Assembly (NCBI GenBank): GCA_902562835.1
Contig: CACEUX010000001.1
Coordinates: forward strand, 10,568-74,567
DNA from: an uncultured Fidelibacterota bacterium
Lineage (GTDB): Bacteria; Fidelibacterota; Marinisomatia; Marinisomatales; UBA1611
Direction: 5' to 3'
Length of the DNA: 64,000 nt
Shown here: piece after piece, positions 47,091 to 58,000 of the stretch
How the letters are laid out: the number at the start of each line of letters is the position of its first letter
Numbering within the stretch: position 1 is the stretch's first letter
Position numbers and translations under genes: made by a program
Notes under the pieces: model-generated
Database searches by the model: none
Seen by the model: only the letters and a program-made list of their open reading frames with translations
What the model was told of the DNA's origin: nothing

Positions 47091-47852
47091 TTACTCTTCG
47101 CTTAAGGCTTTAAAATATGGTTGAGGTTTTGGCGTTATAAGGTTTTCTTTTTGGTATTTAAAAACTTCCGCGCTTTCACTAAATGGGCCCTGCCTGCCTG
47201 GAGGCAATAGCGCAGCTATCCGACACATCATTTCATTACCAACCGCATTTAAGGCCTTAACTTTTTGTCCCTTATTGCCTTTTATATTAAATGGCCCAAA
47301 CGGCTTTCCAATATTAATACAAATACGAGAGCGGATACCCTTAAACATTCCCTCCCATGCCCTTTCAGCCCCATAAATGCCAATTGGAACTATGGGTGCT
47401 TTTCCAAGCGTTGAGAGATAAACTGCGCCATTTTTTGGTTGGCTTAGCAGGTTATAACTAACCCCACCATCTGGAAAAATTCCCAACAGCCCCCCCCTTC
47501 TTAAAACCTCAAGGGATCTTTTAATTGTGGATGGAGAGAGATTTTGCCTATTAACTGGTATCCAGCCGTATATAATGGGAGCCCATACAAGCCACCAATC
47601 AAGTTCTTGGTCACTTGCTGCTATAAAATTGATAGGTTTTTGGATTCCGTAACTAAAAAATAAGGGGTCATAGTCACTAAAGTGATTACTGGCTATAACA
47701 TAGGGACCTTTTTTTGGTAGGTGGTATTTACCCCTTACAGAAACACGAGCAATTCCTGAGCCTAAAAATAATGCGACATAAGTTAACAGGTATCTAATTA
47801 TATGTGGTTTGGGGGAAAGCGATGATAAAAATTCAGGTCCAAACTTTTTCAT
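47091..47852 (-). CDS. 1-acyl-sn-glycerol-3-phosphate acyltransferase (PlsC family)
   Basis: NHFSDYD, IFPDGG, PIVPIGIYG; ATG at 47852 preferred because it avoids overlap with ssb. Confidence 0.82.
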   Translation of the reverse strand: MKKFGPEFLSSLSPKPHIIRYLLTYVALFLGSGIARVSVRGKYHLPKKGPYVIASNHFSDYDPLFFSYGIQKPINFIAASDQELDWWLVWAPIIYGWIPVNRQNLSPSTIKRSLEVLRRGGLLGIFPDGGVSYNLLSQPKNGAVYLSTLGKAPIVPIGIYGAERAWEGMFKGIRSRICINIGKPFGPFNIKGNKGQKVKALNAVGNEMMCRIAALLPPGRQGPFSESAEVFKYQKENLITPKPQPYFKALSEE

Positions 47853-47868
47853 TAAGACTGTCTGTTTT

Positions 47869-48255
47869 TTAAAAAGGAAGGTCGTCGTCGTCACTTACCG
47901 CGGGCTGGTTAGGTTGCGCCCCAGCTTGTTGTCCCCCACCCTGTTGGGAACCTCCCATCAATTCAACGTTGTTTACAAAAACTCTTAAGCTTGCACCGCC
48001 AGTACCATCTTTTTTTTCATATTGATTAAGGGATATTTCTCCTTCAACCACTACTTGCTGCCCTTTTACCATGTAATCTTTAAGCCCACCCTCGGCTCTT
48101 TTGCCGAATAGGGAGCACTCAAAATAGTGTGTTTTTTGATTGTCACCAAAACCAGTATTGTTTGCAACACTAAAAGACATAACCGGAGTACCGCTAGGAA
48201 TAAAGCGCACCTCAGCATCTCGGGTTAACCTACCACTAATAATTAATTTGTTCAT
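47869..48255 (-). CDS. ssb: Single-stranded DNA-binding protein
   Basis: MNKLIISGRLTRD, KGQQVVVEG, acidic tail DDDDLPF. Confidence 0.95.
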   Translation of the reverse strand: MNKLIISGRLTRDAEVRFIPSGTPVMSFSVANNTGFGDNQKTHYFECSLFGKRAEGGLKDYMVKGQQVVVEGEISLNQYEKKDGTGGASLRVFVNNVELMGGSQQGGGQQAGAQPNQPAVSDDDDLPF

Positions 48256-48325
48256 GTTAATACCTTTTCGTTAATAAAGTTTGTTTTTTTCTAAAGAGTG
48301 TTGAAATAGAGTTTTCTAGTGCAGG

Positions 48326-49663
48326 CTAAAAAGAGTATCCCAGTTCTTGTTTGACCACACTAAGCATATTTTTTATTCTTGTGTCACTTTCTATTTTATT
48401 GGTAATGGTGTTTACGGCGTGTATCACTGTTGTATGGTCTCTGCCACCAAAAAACAAACCAATATTATTTAAAGACGTGCCTATGATCTCTCTGCTCAAA
48501 TACATTGAAACCTGCCGAGCATCAGAGATTTCACTTTTACGGCTTTTTCCAACGATTTCGTCTTCAGATATAGAAGAGATATTAGACACTTTTTGTATAA
48601 TATCCTCCATGGATATATCACTGTTTAAGCGACCCCCGGTTCTTTCTTGCACGACCTCTCTGACGAGGCTGTGGTCAATTTCTTTGTTCATCAGGGAAGA
48701 CTTAGCCAGAATCCTGATTATTGTGCCCTCGAGGTCTCTTACATTGTTTTTGACGTGCCTTGCTATAAACTCGATAATATCATAATCTAGCGTCAGTCCA
48801 TTTTGTTCAGCTTTTTCTAGGAGTATAGCAACCCTGACCTCAAAGTTTGGGGGCTGTACGTCAACGGACAAACCAGACTCAAAGCGGGAAAGAAGCCTGT
48901 CTTGCAACCCTTTCATTTCACCTGGATATTTATCTGCAGTCATTACAATTTGTTTTCCAGCTTGATGTAGAGCGTTAAAGGTGTGAAAAAACTGTTCTTG
49001 AGTCTGTTCTTTACCTCTAAAAAACTGAATATCATCAATCAGAAGAACGTCTGCCTTTCTGTATTTCTGAGCAAACTCAATGGTCTTGTTTTTTCTTAGG
49101 CCGTTCACAAAGTCGAGTGTGAATTTTTCGCTTGTAACTATTACAACATTAAGACTGTTATTAAGCTCAACCGCTCGGTTTCCAATGGCATGCATTATGT
49201 GGGTTTTACCCAGGCCGACACCGCCATATATAATCAAAGGATTAAATCCGTTTTCTCCTGGATTGTTTGCAACCGACAGGGCAGCGTTTTTTGCAAACTC
49301 ATTGTTTCCGCCCTCAATAAAGTTGTCGAACCTGTATAGTTTGTTAATGTTGTTTTGGTGAAGCGCCTTTGGTCGTTGTTGTGGTGTTGTGGCACTATCT
49401 GTGGCTATCTTCGAGGGGTTGCTATTTATAACGAACTTGAAGCCATAGTCCATGCCGCCAATTGAATTAAGCGAGGATTCGAGCTCCTTTTCATAGTGCG
49501 ATTCTATCCACTCTGCGAAAAACTGATTCGGTACCTCTAATAATATTTTATTATCAGAGAGGCCTATTGGCTCCACTGGCTCAAACCATGCGCTGAGGGC
49601 GTGCCCAGGCAGCTGGGCCTTAAGATACGATAGCGCCTCAGTCCATATCTGATTATGGCTCAT
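48326..49663 (-). CDS. dnaA: Chromosomal replication initiator DnaA
   Basis: FNPLIIYGGVGLGKTH, LLIDDIQF, QEQFFHTFN, GGRDHTTVIHA. Confidence 0.98.
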   Translation of the reverse strand: MSHNQIWTEALSYLKAQLPGHALSAWFEPVEPIGLSDNKILLEVPNQFFAEWIESHYEKELESSLNSIGGMDYGFKFVINSNPSKIATDSATTPQQRPKALHQNNINKLYRFDNFIEGGNNEFAKNAALSVANNPGENGFNPLIIYGGVGLGKTHIMHAIGNRAVELNNSLNVVIVTSEKFTLDFVNGLRKNKTIEFAQKYRKADVLLIDDIQFFRGKEQTQEQFFHTFNALHQAGKQIVMTADKYPGEMKGLQDRLLSRFESGLSVDVQPPNFEVRVAILLEKAEQNGLTLDYDIIEFIARHVKNNVRDLEGTIIRILAKSSLMNKEIDHSLVREVVQERTGGRLNSDISMEDIIQKVSNISSISEDEIVGKSRKSEISDARQVSMYLSREIIGTSLNNIGLFFGGRDHTTVIHAVNTITNKIESDTRIKNMLSVVKQELGYSF

Positions 49664-49670
49664 TTAAAAG

Positions 49671-49690
49671 TTATCCACATGTTATCCACA
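49671..49690. promoter_or_regulatory. Two tandem perfect DnaA boxes upstream of dnaA
   Basis: TTATCCACA at 49671-49679 and 49682-49690. Confidence 0.88.
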
Positions 49691-49841
49691 CACTAAATCT
49701 GTCATAAATTACAAAAATGGGGGCCATTTAGTAAACAATATTTTAGACCCGCTGTGGTTTTTTAATCACTTATTGATTGATTAAATTTTTTGTGATGGGG
49801 CCATTGCGTTTGTAATTTTGACGTCAATACTTTAACTCATA

Positions 49842-49976
49842 ATGAAAAGAACATATCAACCCAGTAAAAGAAAAAGACGAAACAAGCATGGCTTCAGGTC
49901 TCGAAGGTCTTCTGTTGGTGGGCGATCAGTACTTCGAAGAAGAAGAAAGAAGGGGCGAAAACGCCTAGCCCTCTAA
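49842..49976 (+). CDS. rpmH: 50S ribosomal protein L34 (not in the ORF track)
   Basis: Manual translation [44 protein letters not shown]; divergent from dnaA. Confidence 0.95.
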   Translation: MKRTYQPSKRKRRNKHGFRSRRSSVGGRSVLRRRRKKGRKRLAL

Positions 49977-49982
49977 AACCTC

Positions 49983-50222
49983 GTGTTTCTAATTAGGTCA
50001 ATTGACCACCTACTTAAAGCTTTTATTATATTTTTTGTAAAAACATACCAGCTAGTATTGTCTCCCATGATAGGTCCGCAGTGTAGGTTTACCCCTACTT
50101 GCTCCAATTATGCACTGGAGGCCCTAAGAGCTCGGTCCTTTTTTATGGCCATGTATCTCATATCAAAAAGAATTATAAAGTGTAACCCCCTTTTCAAGGG
50201 CGGGCACGACCCGCTTGCCTAG
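49983..50222 (+). CDS. yidD: Membrane protein insertion efficiency factor YidD
   Basis: YQLVLSP, CRFTPTCSNYA, RIIKCNP, GGHDP. Confidence 0.93.
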   Translation: MFLIRSIDHLLKAFIIFFVKTYQLVLSPMIGPQCRFTPTCSNYALEALRARSFFMAMYLISKRIIKCNPLFKGGHDPLA

Positions 50223-50224
50223 GC

Positions 50225-51883
50225 ATGGACAGAAATACCCTATTAGCCTTCTTTTTAATATCTCTGATATTGATTTTTACCCCAAAATACATGGAGCTGG
50301 TTTCACCTGCACCTGAAGCGCCGGAACAAAACACAGAAGAGACCATAGAGGCGCCGGAACGGCAATACACAACTGAACCTGAAATCGTTTCTCAAACACC
50401 ACAGCAAGCGACAACACCTGCTACCAAAACAAGCCTTAACGAAACAATTATAGAAATTGAGTCTGCTCTCTATATAGCAAAAGTTTCTTCTATGGCCGGT
50501 GGCACGATCACTGAGTTCAGCACAAAAGGCTATTTAACGGCTGATAGCCAGCTTGTGAACCTGATACTTCCAAACCAAAGCCCTAACCTTTTGCTACAAG
50601 CAAAAGACCTTGACGGCAATAACCTAGACCTAGAATCGCCCTGGGAGTTCATTTCGTCGCAGCCGCCTAACATTATTAAAGAACCCTTTGTTCTAGAATT
50701 TAAAAAGGAAGTTTATAAGTCTCGATATATATATAAAACCTTGCTGTTTGACCCATACAACTACACCGCCACTGTTGATATAGACCTCTCAGGTATAAGA
50801 AATGATATTTTTAGAGATGTGATGTTTGGCTGGCAGGGGGGTCTCGCATCTACAGAGAATAATAGCGTCGATGATAGGTCTTATTTTAAAGCGTATGCTT
50901 ATATGGGTGGTGAGCTCGAGGAGCTCAAGGGAAAATCCGGAAAGGTCGAAGAGAAAAAGTTTTCTGGTGAAACAGAGTGGCTTTCAATAAGGACAAAATA
51001 TTTCACCTCATCGCTAATACCACATTCTCCGGGAGACGTTAGAAAGTCTGCCCTTGTCTCCCCTGGTGACTCACTAGAAACATATGGTGCATATTTTATT
51101 CTAGACGCTAACGCTATACCCTCCTTCACACTGTTTCTTGGCCCGCTTGAATATGAACGCATTAAAAACCTTGGTGTTAACCTTGATTCAATAATGGACT
51201 TTGGCTGGGCGTTTATTAGGCCTATTTCAAAAGGTGTTTTATACTCGCTTAAGCTTATGCATAACCACATACCCAACTATGGCTTTGTTCTGATTGTTTT
51301 TGCCTTCCTAGTTAAGCTCCTGGTATACCCTTTGACCAAAAAAAGCTATCAGTCTACATCGGCAATGCAGGCGGTACAGCCAGAGGTAAACGCCCTAAGA
51401 GAAAAATACAAATCGAACCCAACCAAGCTTAACCAGGCAACGATGGAGCTTTATAAGAAAAGAGGTGTAAACCCGCTTGGTGGGTGCCTGCCAATGCTTT
51501 TACAAATGCCCCTACTCTTTGCTCTATTTATCGTGTTTAGAACTACAATTGAACTTAGGGCTGAGCCATTTATTTGGTGGGTTAGGGACCTTTCGTCTCC
51601 AGACATAATAGTCAACCTCCCGTTCCACATACCGATATACGGGTCTCACATAGCAGCCCTGCCAATCTTTATGGTTGTATCTATGTTTGTCCAGCAAAAA
51701 ATGATGATGACCGGTGGAGCACAGGCTGCTCAGCAAAAAACCATGCAATATTTTATGACTGCATTTTTTTTCCTGATATTTAACAGCTTTCCAGCTGGTT
51801 TAAATCTATACTACACGCTTTTTAATGTCTTAACAATTGCTCAGCAGAAACTGGTTCCGACAGAAACCACCAAGACAGAGTGA
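50225..51883 (+). CDS. yidC: Membrane protein insertase YidC
   Basis: MDRNTLLA, DFGW, NYG, NPLGGCLPMLLQMP, GLNLYY. Confidence 0.95.
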   Translation: MDRNTLLAFFLISLILIFTPKYMELVSPAPEAPEQNTEETIEAPERQYTTEPEIVSQTPQQATTPATKTSLNETIIEIESALYIAKVSSMAGGTITEFSTKGYLTADSQLVNLILPNQSPNLLLQAKDLDGNNLDLESPWEFISSQPPNIIKEPFVLEFKKEVYKSRYIYKTLLFDPYNYTATVDIDLSGIRNDIFRDVMFGWQGGLASTENNSVDDRSYFKAYAYMGGELEELKGKSGKVEEKKFSGETEWLSIRTKYFTSSLIPHSPGDVRKSALVSPGDSLETYGAYFILDANAIPSFTLFLGPLEYERIKNLGVNLDSIMDFGWAFIRPISKGVLYSLKLMHNHIPNYGFVLIVFAFLVKLLVYPLTKKSYQSTSAMQAVQPEVNALREKYKSNPTKLNQATMELYKKRGVNPLGGCLPMLLQMPLLFALFIVFRTTIELRAEPFIWWVRDLSSPDIIVNLPFHIPIYGSHIAALPIFMVVSMFVQQKMMMTGGAQAAQQKTMQYFMTAFFFLIFNSFPAGLNLYYTLFNVLTIAQQKLVPTETTKTE

Positions 51884-51890
51884 TTACAAA

Positions 51891-53213
51891 ATGGAACACC
51901 AGACAATTGTTGCTCAAACAACCCCAGTAGGGCAGTCAGGGGTTGCCTGTATAAGGCTCAGTGGCCCAAGGGCTTTTTACCTGGCTAGAAAAATTTCCAA
52001 CCTTAATAAAAAAACGCCACACCGAAGCGCTTGCTTTTCTCCAATCTATGATGAACACATGAACAAGGTAGACGATGGTGTCTTTGTTTTTTTTAAATCC
52101 CCCCTCTCTTACACAGGAGAAGATGTTGTAGAAATATCATGTCATGGTAACCCATATATTTCTGATAGAATAATTCAAGCAACCACAGCGCTTGGAGCTA
52201 GGGTTGCGGAACCGGGTGAATATACTAAGCGCGCTTTTTTAAATGGTAAGCTGGATTTAGCCCAGGCAGAGTCTGTTGGCCTACTAATCTCTTCAAGGTC
52301 AAGAGAAGCCGCAGAACACCAAACAAAGAACTTAAGTGGGGCCGCATCAAACAGGATCAAAAAAATGCAGGAGGGGTTGGTGGCTCTATTGTCTCGTCTA
52401 GAGTTTGAGTTCGATATTTCAGAAGAGGAGGCAAACCTTAGTTCTCTTTCTAAAGGTTTACTTAGATCATTAAAAAACAATTACTTAGAAATCAACAAAC
52501 TAATAGAAACCTTTGCGCTTGGACACGCATACACAAGCGGTTTGAGGGTTGTTATTGTAGGTGAACCCAACGTTGGGAAGTCAACCCTTATGAACTCTAT
52601 TTTGGGTAGCAACAGAAGCATAACAGACTTTGCGGCTGGAACAACTCGCGACACCATTACTGCAGAAATCATTATTGGTGGTATCCCAACAACCCTTATT
52701 GATACAGCAGGTATACACCCTACCAAAGACCGTGTAGAGCTTGCTGGTGTGGATAGGGCGTTGTCTGAACTAGGCCGATCCGACCTTGTTTTATCAGTGT
52801 TTAGCTTTGATGCTCAAGAGATTGAAAATATTGATGATACACTAAAAATATCTGTTTACAATAAGTCCGATAGAAAAAAATATTCTGGGAACAAACGCTC
52901 TGTCGTTTCGGTCTCCGCCCTTAAAAACAAAGGAATTAATAACCTAATAAAAACCATTGAAAAGACCCTTAAGGACGCCCGGCCATACAGCGAAGACATA
53001 TTAATAAACACGGAGCGCCAAAAGAGCGCACTCCAGCTCTGTTCTTCTAATTTAGAAAAAGCCATCGACAACCTTGACAGAACCCCCCCATCCCTGGAGC
53101 TTGTGGCGGCTGATCTTCGGGCTGCCATAGATAGCCTTGGGTCTTTTTTGGGGAAAACCACAACTGACGATATCTTAGATCAGGTTTTTTCAACTTTTTG
53201 TGTTGGAAAATAG
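51891..53213 (+). CDS. mnmE: tRNA modification GTPase MnmE
   Basis: SYTGEDVVEISCHG, GEYTKRAFLNGKLDL, GEPNVGKST, GTTRD, DTAG, FCVGK; ATG at 51891. Confidence 0.95.
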   Translation: MEHQTIVAQTTPVGQSGVACIRLSGPRAFYLARKISNLNKKTPHRSACFSPIYDEHMNKVDDGVFVFFKSPLSYTGEDVVEISCHGNPYISDRIIQATTALGARVAEPGEYTKRAFLNGKLDLAQAESVGLLISSRSREAAEHQTKNLSGAASNRIKKMQEGLVALLSRLEFEFDISEEEANLSSLSKGLLRSLKNNYLEINKLIETFALGHAYTSGLRVVIVGEPNVGKSTLMNSILGSNRSITDFAAGTTRDTITAEIIIGGIPTTLIDTAGIHPTKDRVELAGVDRALSELGRSDLVLSVFSFDAQEIENIDDTLKISVYNKSDRKKYSGNKRSVVSVSALKNKGINNLIKTIEKTLKDARPYSEDILINTERQKSALQLCSSNLEKAIDNLDRTPPSLELVAADLRAAIDSLGSFLGKTTTDDILDQVFSTFCVGK

Positions 53214-53227
53214 TTTCACGTGAAACA
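53212..53227. other. parS centromere-like site
   Basis: AGTTTCACGTGAAACA, 15/16 match to the consensus TGTTTCACGTGAAACA. Confidence 0.85.
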
Positions 53228-55070
53228 AAGCCTTTACGATATTATTGTAGTAGGCGGTGGACACGCCGGCATAGAGGCTGCCCTTATTGCATCTAAAATG
53301 AACTGCTCCGTTCTCCTCGTGACAATGGACACAAACGCAATAGGAAGAATGTCCTGTAACCCCGCTATTGGCGGACTTGCGAAAGGCCAAATGGTTCGAG
53401 AAATCGATGTGTTAGGCGGCGCCATGGGCCTTTTTGCCGACAAGGCAGGGATTCAATTCAAGGTGTTGAACAAAAAGAAGGGGCGAGCGGTTTGGTCTCC
53501 AAGGGCACAGGTTGACAAAAGAGTATATGAGTCTCTTGTAAGAAAGAGCGTTAAGAACAGCAACATAGAGCTATGCCAAGGAGAGGTTGTCGCGATTGTT
53601 GAGTCTGGAGGAAGGGTTAAGGCTGTGGTGCTAAGAGACGAGACAAAAATCAAAACTAATTCTGTGATAATAACGGCAGGAACTTTTCTTTCGGGCACAA
53701 TTCATATTGGTGAGAGGAAAATTAAAGCAGGGCGAATGGGGGAAGAGCGATCAGAGGGCCTCACAGAAAATCTCGAGATGATGGGTTTTAATTCTTCTAG
53801 GCTTAAAACTGGAACCCCACCGCGACTGGACAAAAACACTATTAACTGGGACAAAGCTGTCTTGGCAAGCGGAGACAGAGACCCCGTTCCCTTTTCTTAT
53901 TCAACCAAAACCTTTAATCCCCCCAACATTCCGTGCCACACGCTCAAAACAAACAGAGAGGCCCACGATATTGTTCAAAAAAACCAGGATAGGTCTCCTA
54001 TGTTTTTAGGAGATATTGGTGGGGTGGGACCAAGGTATTGCCCATCAATTGAAGACAAGGTTAGTCGATTTAAAGACAGGGACTCACACCTCTTGTTTTT
54101 AGAGCCTGAGTGGGCCAACTCAGATCAAATTTACCTCAATGGGTTTTCTACAAGCCTCCCAGAAGATACACAGATAGCCGCACTTAGAGAAATTGAAGGT
54201 CTAGAAGAAGTCGAGTTTTTTAGGCCTGGCTATGCAATAGAGTATGATTACTTCCCCCCCTCACAACTCAGGACAACCCTAGAAACAAAAGACCTTAAGG
54301 GGTTGTACTTTGCAGGACAGATGAATGGCACATCCGGTTATGAGGAGGCAGCCGCCCAAGGGTTGGTCTGTGGTATAAACGCTGCTATTTCGGTGAACAA
54401 TGGAGAACCCCTGGTTTTAACAAGAGATTCATCATATATCGGTGTTATGATTGATGACCTAATAACAAAGGATACGCTAGAGCCATATCGTATGTTTACC
54501 TCAAGGGCTGAATACAGACTCCTATTGAGGTTTTATAACTCTTGCGATAGGCTTTTAAGCATAGCAAAAACAAAGTCATCTCTGGGAAAAAACCGGCTTG
54601 AGACCATGGAAAATATTTTAAGACAAAAAGAAGGACTCTCCCTGTCTTTGAAAAACCTATCTTTGCAACCCAAAGACCTCCTTGGTATTTCTGACCTCAA
54701 GCAGCAAACACCTGCCCGCGAAGTTTTAAAAAGGCCAGAGGTTTCTATTTTTGACCTCCCCGAAAAAACAACTCTTTTAGAGGGGCGCCTTGAACCTTGG
54801 CAAAAGAAGGAGGTTTTGTTTGATGTTGAGTCAAAGATTAAATACAGGGGTTATATTGACAGGCACATAAAAGAGATCCAATCCATGAAAAAGAACCAAT
54901 CTGTTTCAATATCTAAAGACGTAGATTATTTTTCTATCCCCGGTTTATCAAAAGAAGCAATCGAAAAGCTTTCTTGTGTCCGCCCAGAAAACATGAGTCA
55001 GGCAATGAGGGTTTCTGGAATCACCCCCACAGATATGTCTGTCTTGGGAATACACCTTTCAAAGACCTAG
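53220..55070 (+). CDS. mnmG: tRNA uridine-5-carboxymethylaminomethyl(34) synthesis enzyme MnmG (GidA)
   Basis: VVGGGHAGIEAA, MSCNPAIGG, LKTGTPPR, GPRYCPSIEDK, GYEEAAAQG, YRMFTSRAEYRL. Confidence 0.97.
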   Translation: MKQSLYDIIVVGGGHAGIEAALIASKMNCSVLLVTMDTNAIGRMSCNPAIGGLAKGQMVREIDVLGGAMGLFADKAGIQFKVLNKKKGRAVWSPRAQVDKRVYESLVRKSVKNSNIELCQGEVVAIVESGGRVKAVVLRDETKIKTNSVIITAGTFLSGTIHIGERKIKAGRMGEERSEGLTENLEMMGFNSSRLKTGTPPRLDKNTINWDKAVLASGDRDPVPFSYSTKTFNPPNIPCHTLKTNREAHDIVQKNQDRSPMFLGDIGGVGPRYCPSIEDKVSRFKDRDSHLLFLEPEWANSDQIYLNGFSTSLPEDTQIAALREIEGLEEVEFFRPGYAIEYDYFPPSQLRTTLETKDLKGLYFAGQMNGTSGYEEAAAQGLVCGINAAISVNNGEPLVLTRDSSYIGVMIDDLITKDTLEPYRMFTSRAEYRLLLRFYNSCDRLLSIAKTKSSLGKNRLETMENILRQKEGLSLSLKNLSLQPKDLLGISDLKQQTPAREVLKRPEVSIFDLPEKTTLLEGRLEPWQKKEVLFDVESKIKYRGYIDRHIKEIQSMKKNQSVSISKDVDYFSIPGLSKEAIEKLSCVRPENMSQAMRVSGITPTDMSVLGIHLSKT

Positions 55071-55086
55071 GGTTTCACGTGAAACA
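55071..55086. other. parS centromere-like site
   Basis: GGTTTCACGTGAAACA, 15/16 match to the consensus. Confidence 0.85.
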
Positions 55087-55089
55087 CTA

Positions 55090-58000
55090 ATGGTTTTCCC
55101 AAAACAAGTACTGAACAACCTTTCTGGGGGTGTTAGAATTTCCGGGCTTACGAAACCCTCTGTTGGCCTGTTTCTTTATGAGTATTTAAACTCAATTAGT
55201 AATGCCGTTTTGGTTGAGATGCCCTCAGAGGATGAGGCTTTTGCTCTTTATAGTTTGTGTTTAGATAGCGAACTGGGTTGTTTTGTTTATTTTCCGACAG
55301 AGGCGCCTCTTGAGCGGGTGCCGGGATTTGGTACAGACACACTTCGGTTCAGAAAAGAAGCAATTATAGAGCTGTCCTCAGGCAGACCCACGTGTTGTAT
55401 CGGTACAAAAAGTTCATTTATAGACAAGTGTCTTGAGAATGGTTTGTCAAAGAAAATAAAGCGCTTTGCGATTCACACAGGCGAGGAGATTGACAGAGAA
55501 GCCCTAATTGATAAGCTTGTTACCATTGGATACAAACGAACACCAATTGTATTAGAGGCGGGCACGTTTACAGCTCGCGGTGATATTATAGACGTGTTTC
55601 CAATGCACTTTAAAACACCTTTTCGATTGTCTTTTGACTACAGCGTGGTTGGCCAAATCTCCCTCTTTGACCCAGAGTCCCAACTACCAAAAAAGAAGCA
55701 AAAAAAAATAATTTTTGAAGACCTGAGTGTTTCACAAGTAGTTAATAATAATAATCTTATGGGTGTTTTTCCAAAAGCAGAGCGCCTTTTGGTATCAAAA
55801 GATGATGGGATTATTTCAATACACAAAGAAGGGGCGGCGGAAACAGAGAACCTTCAGATGGGTGTCGTAAAACCAAAACAACAAACAGAAGAACTTCGGG
55901 TAAAGGAGGTCTTGAGGTCTAGTGCGCGATTTGCCAAGCGCTATTATATTGGGAGTGGCGATAAGGTGGGGGATGTCATTCAGCGCAGCCTTGGTGGGTT
56001 CGAATTTTTAGAAGGAAAAGTTCAAGCTGGCTTTTTTTCAACAAGTCTAGGGTTGTTTGTTTTGTCCGAAAACGACCTTTACTTCACACACACCCACAAA
56101 ACAAGGTGGGACAACGCCCGCTCCCAGCAGTACCAGGATTTAAACAGGGGGTCCGTATCTAAAATGGTTGTTGGGGAACACCTGGTTCACAGGAGGTTTG
56201 GCGTCGGTATTTACCGAGGGGTTGTTTCTAAAAAAGAAGACGGTAGGGAGGCTGTAGAAATTGAATACAAAAACAATACACGCGTTTTTGTTTCTCTAGA
56301 CCAGCTGTCTTTGGTCCACAAATATATTGGCTCTGGAAAGAAACCGTCGCTTTCACAGATTGGTTCTAAAAAGTGGCAAAGAGAGGTTGTAAGGACCAGA
56401 AAGGCCGTCGCAGAAATCGCACAAGAACTAATAACTCTTTACTCCAATAAGAATGCGGACCGAGGATTTTCTTATACACCAGAGAACGAGCTTGATGGTG
56501 AACCGTCAAGATCTTTTAGTTTTGTCGAAACAGTGGATCAAAAAAGAGCCATTAAAGAGGTTCTTTCTGACCTCGATAGAAAAGAACCAATGGACAGACT
56601 TGTTTGTGGTGACGTTGGTTTTGGAAAAACAGAGGTTGCAATTCGTGCAATTTTTAAAGTTTTTTTATCAGATAGGGTTTCAATTGTTTTATGCCCAACA
56701 ACAATTCTTGCCGACCAGCACTACATAACCTGCCAGGAGAGACTTGGTTCGCTGGGAATAAAAATTGCTCTCTTGTCTCGCTTTAAATCAAAAAAAGAAC
56801 AGACCCAAACAATTAAAAAGTTAAGGTCTGGCGATATTGATGTTTTAATTGGAACGCACCGAATTCTATCAAAAGATGTTGAAGTGCCAAAACTTGGGTT
56901 GTTAATAGTTGATGAGGAGCACCGTTTTGGTGTAAAAAACAAAGAGCAGGTTCGGCTAATAAAGGAGAGAACCGACGTTCTTTCCCTTACCGCAACCCCA
57001 ATACCAAGAACCCTACAACAGTCTTTGGTTGGGCTTAAAAACATTAGCACAATAAAAACCCCCCCTCGCTCTAGGCGACCAATTTTTACATCAGTTAAGT
57101 ACTTCAACTGGTCTACTATTTTTACAAGAATTGAAACTGAACTTGCTCGACAAGGCCAAGTTTATTTTTTAAACAATGACATTGGCTCAATTCCTTCTGT
57201 TGTGGATAAAATAGGGACAAGGTTTAATAATCACGTTGTTGCTGGGGCGAGTGGAAAGATGCCCCCGAGAGAGCTGGAAAAAACTGTTTTAGGGTTTTTT
57301 AATGCTGAGGTAGATATTTTAGTTTGCACAACAATTATAGAGTCTGGATTAGATGTTACAAACGCAAACACAATCATAGTAAAAGACGCACAGAACTTTG
57401 GTCTTGCGCAGCTATACCAAATTCGTGGTCGCGTTGGAAGGGGTGGGCGCCAAGCTAGCTGCCTACTTTTGGTCCCAAAAAAGAAACTAGACAAACCAGC
57501 TCAAGAAAGGCTGCGAACACTAGAAAAAAACACAGCTCTTGGATCTGGTTATAACATATCAATGAGCGACCTAGAAATTCGGGGGGCCGGAAGTCTTTTT
57601 GGACACAGACAAAGTGGACATATTTCTACTATTGGTTTTAATATGTATTGTGATCTTCTGAGCTTAGAGGTTGAAAAATCCCAGGGCTCAAACCCAAAAA
57701 TAAAATCACCGCCTATTATCAAAACAAATAAAAACCTGGAAATCCCCGAGGACTATATTGAAGACCCCTCTTTTAGGATAGATTACTATTATAGAATTTC
57801 TTGTGCAAAAGACCTGGAGGAACTAGACAAAATTGAAAAAGAAGTTTTGGAAATATTTGGGCCCTTGCCGAAAAAAACAAAAGAACTTCTTGGTGTTGCT
57901 CGCTTGAGAATTTTGTTTTCGCCAACGCCTGTTGATAAAATTTATTCCAACAATGGTAAGGTAGAAGTTTTTATAGACTCTCTTGAGGGTTTAGAAAGCA

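Noticed and set aside
49715-49830. Short ATGG(G)GGCCATT repeats and the TTGACGTCAA palindrome in the dnaA-rpmH gap
   Set aside because: Too short to assign, with no match to a motif or riboswitch I can support.
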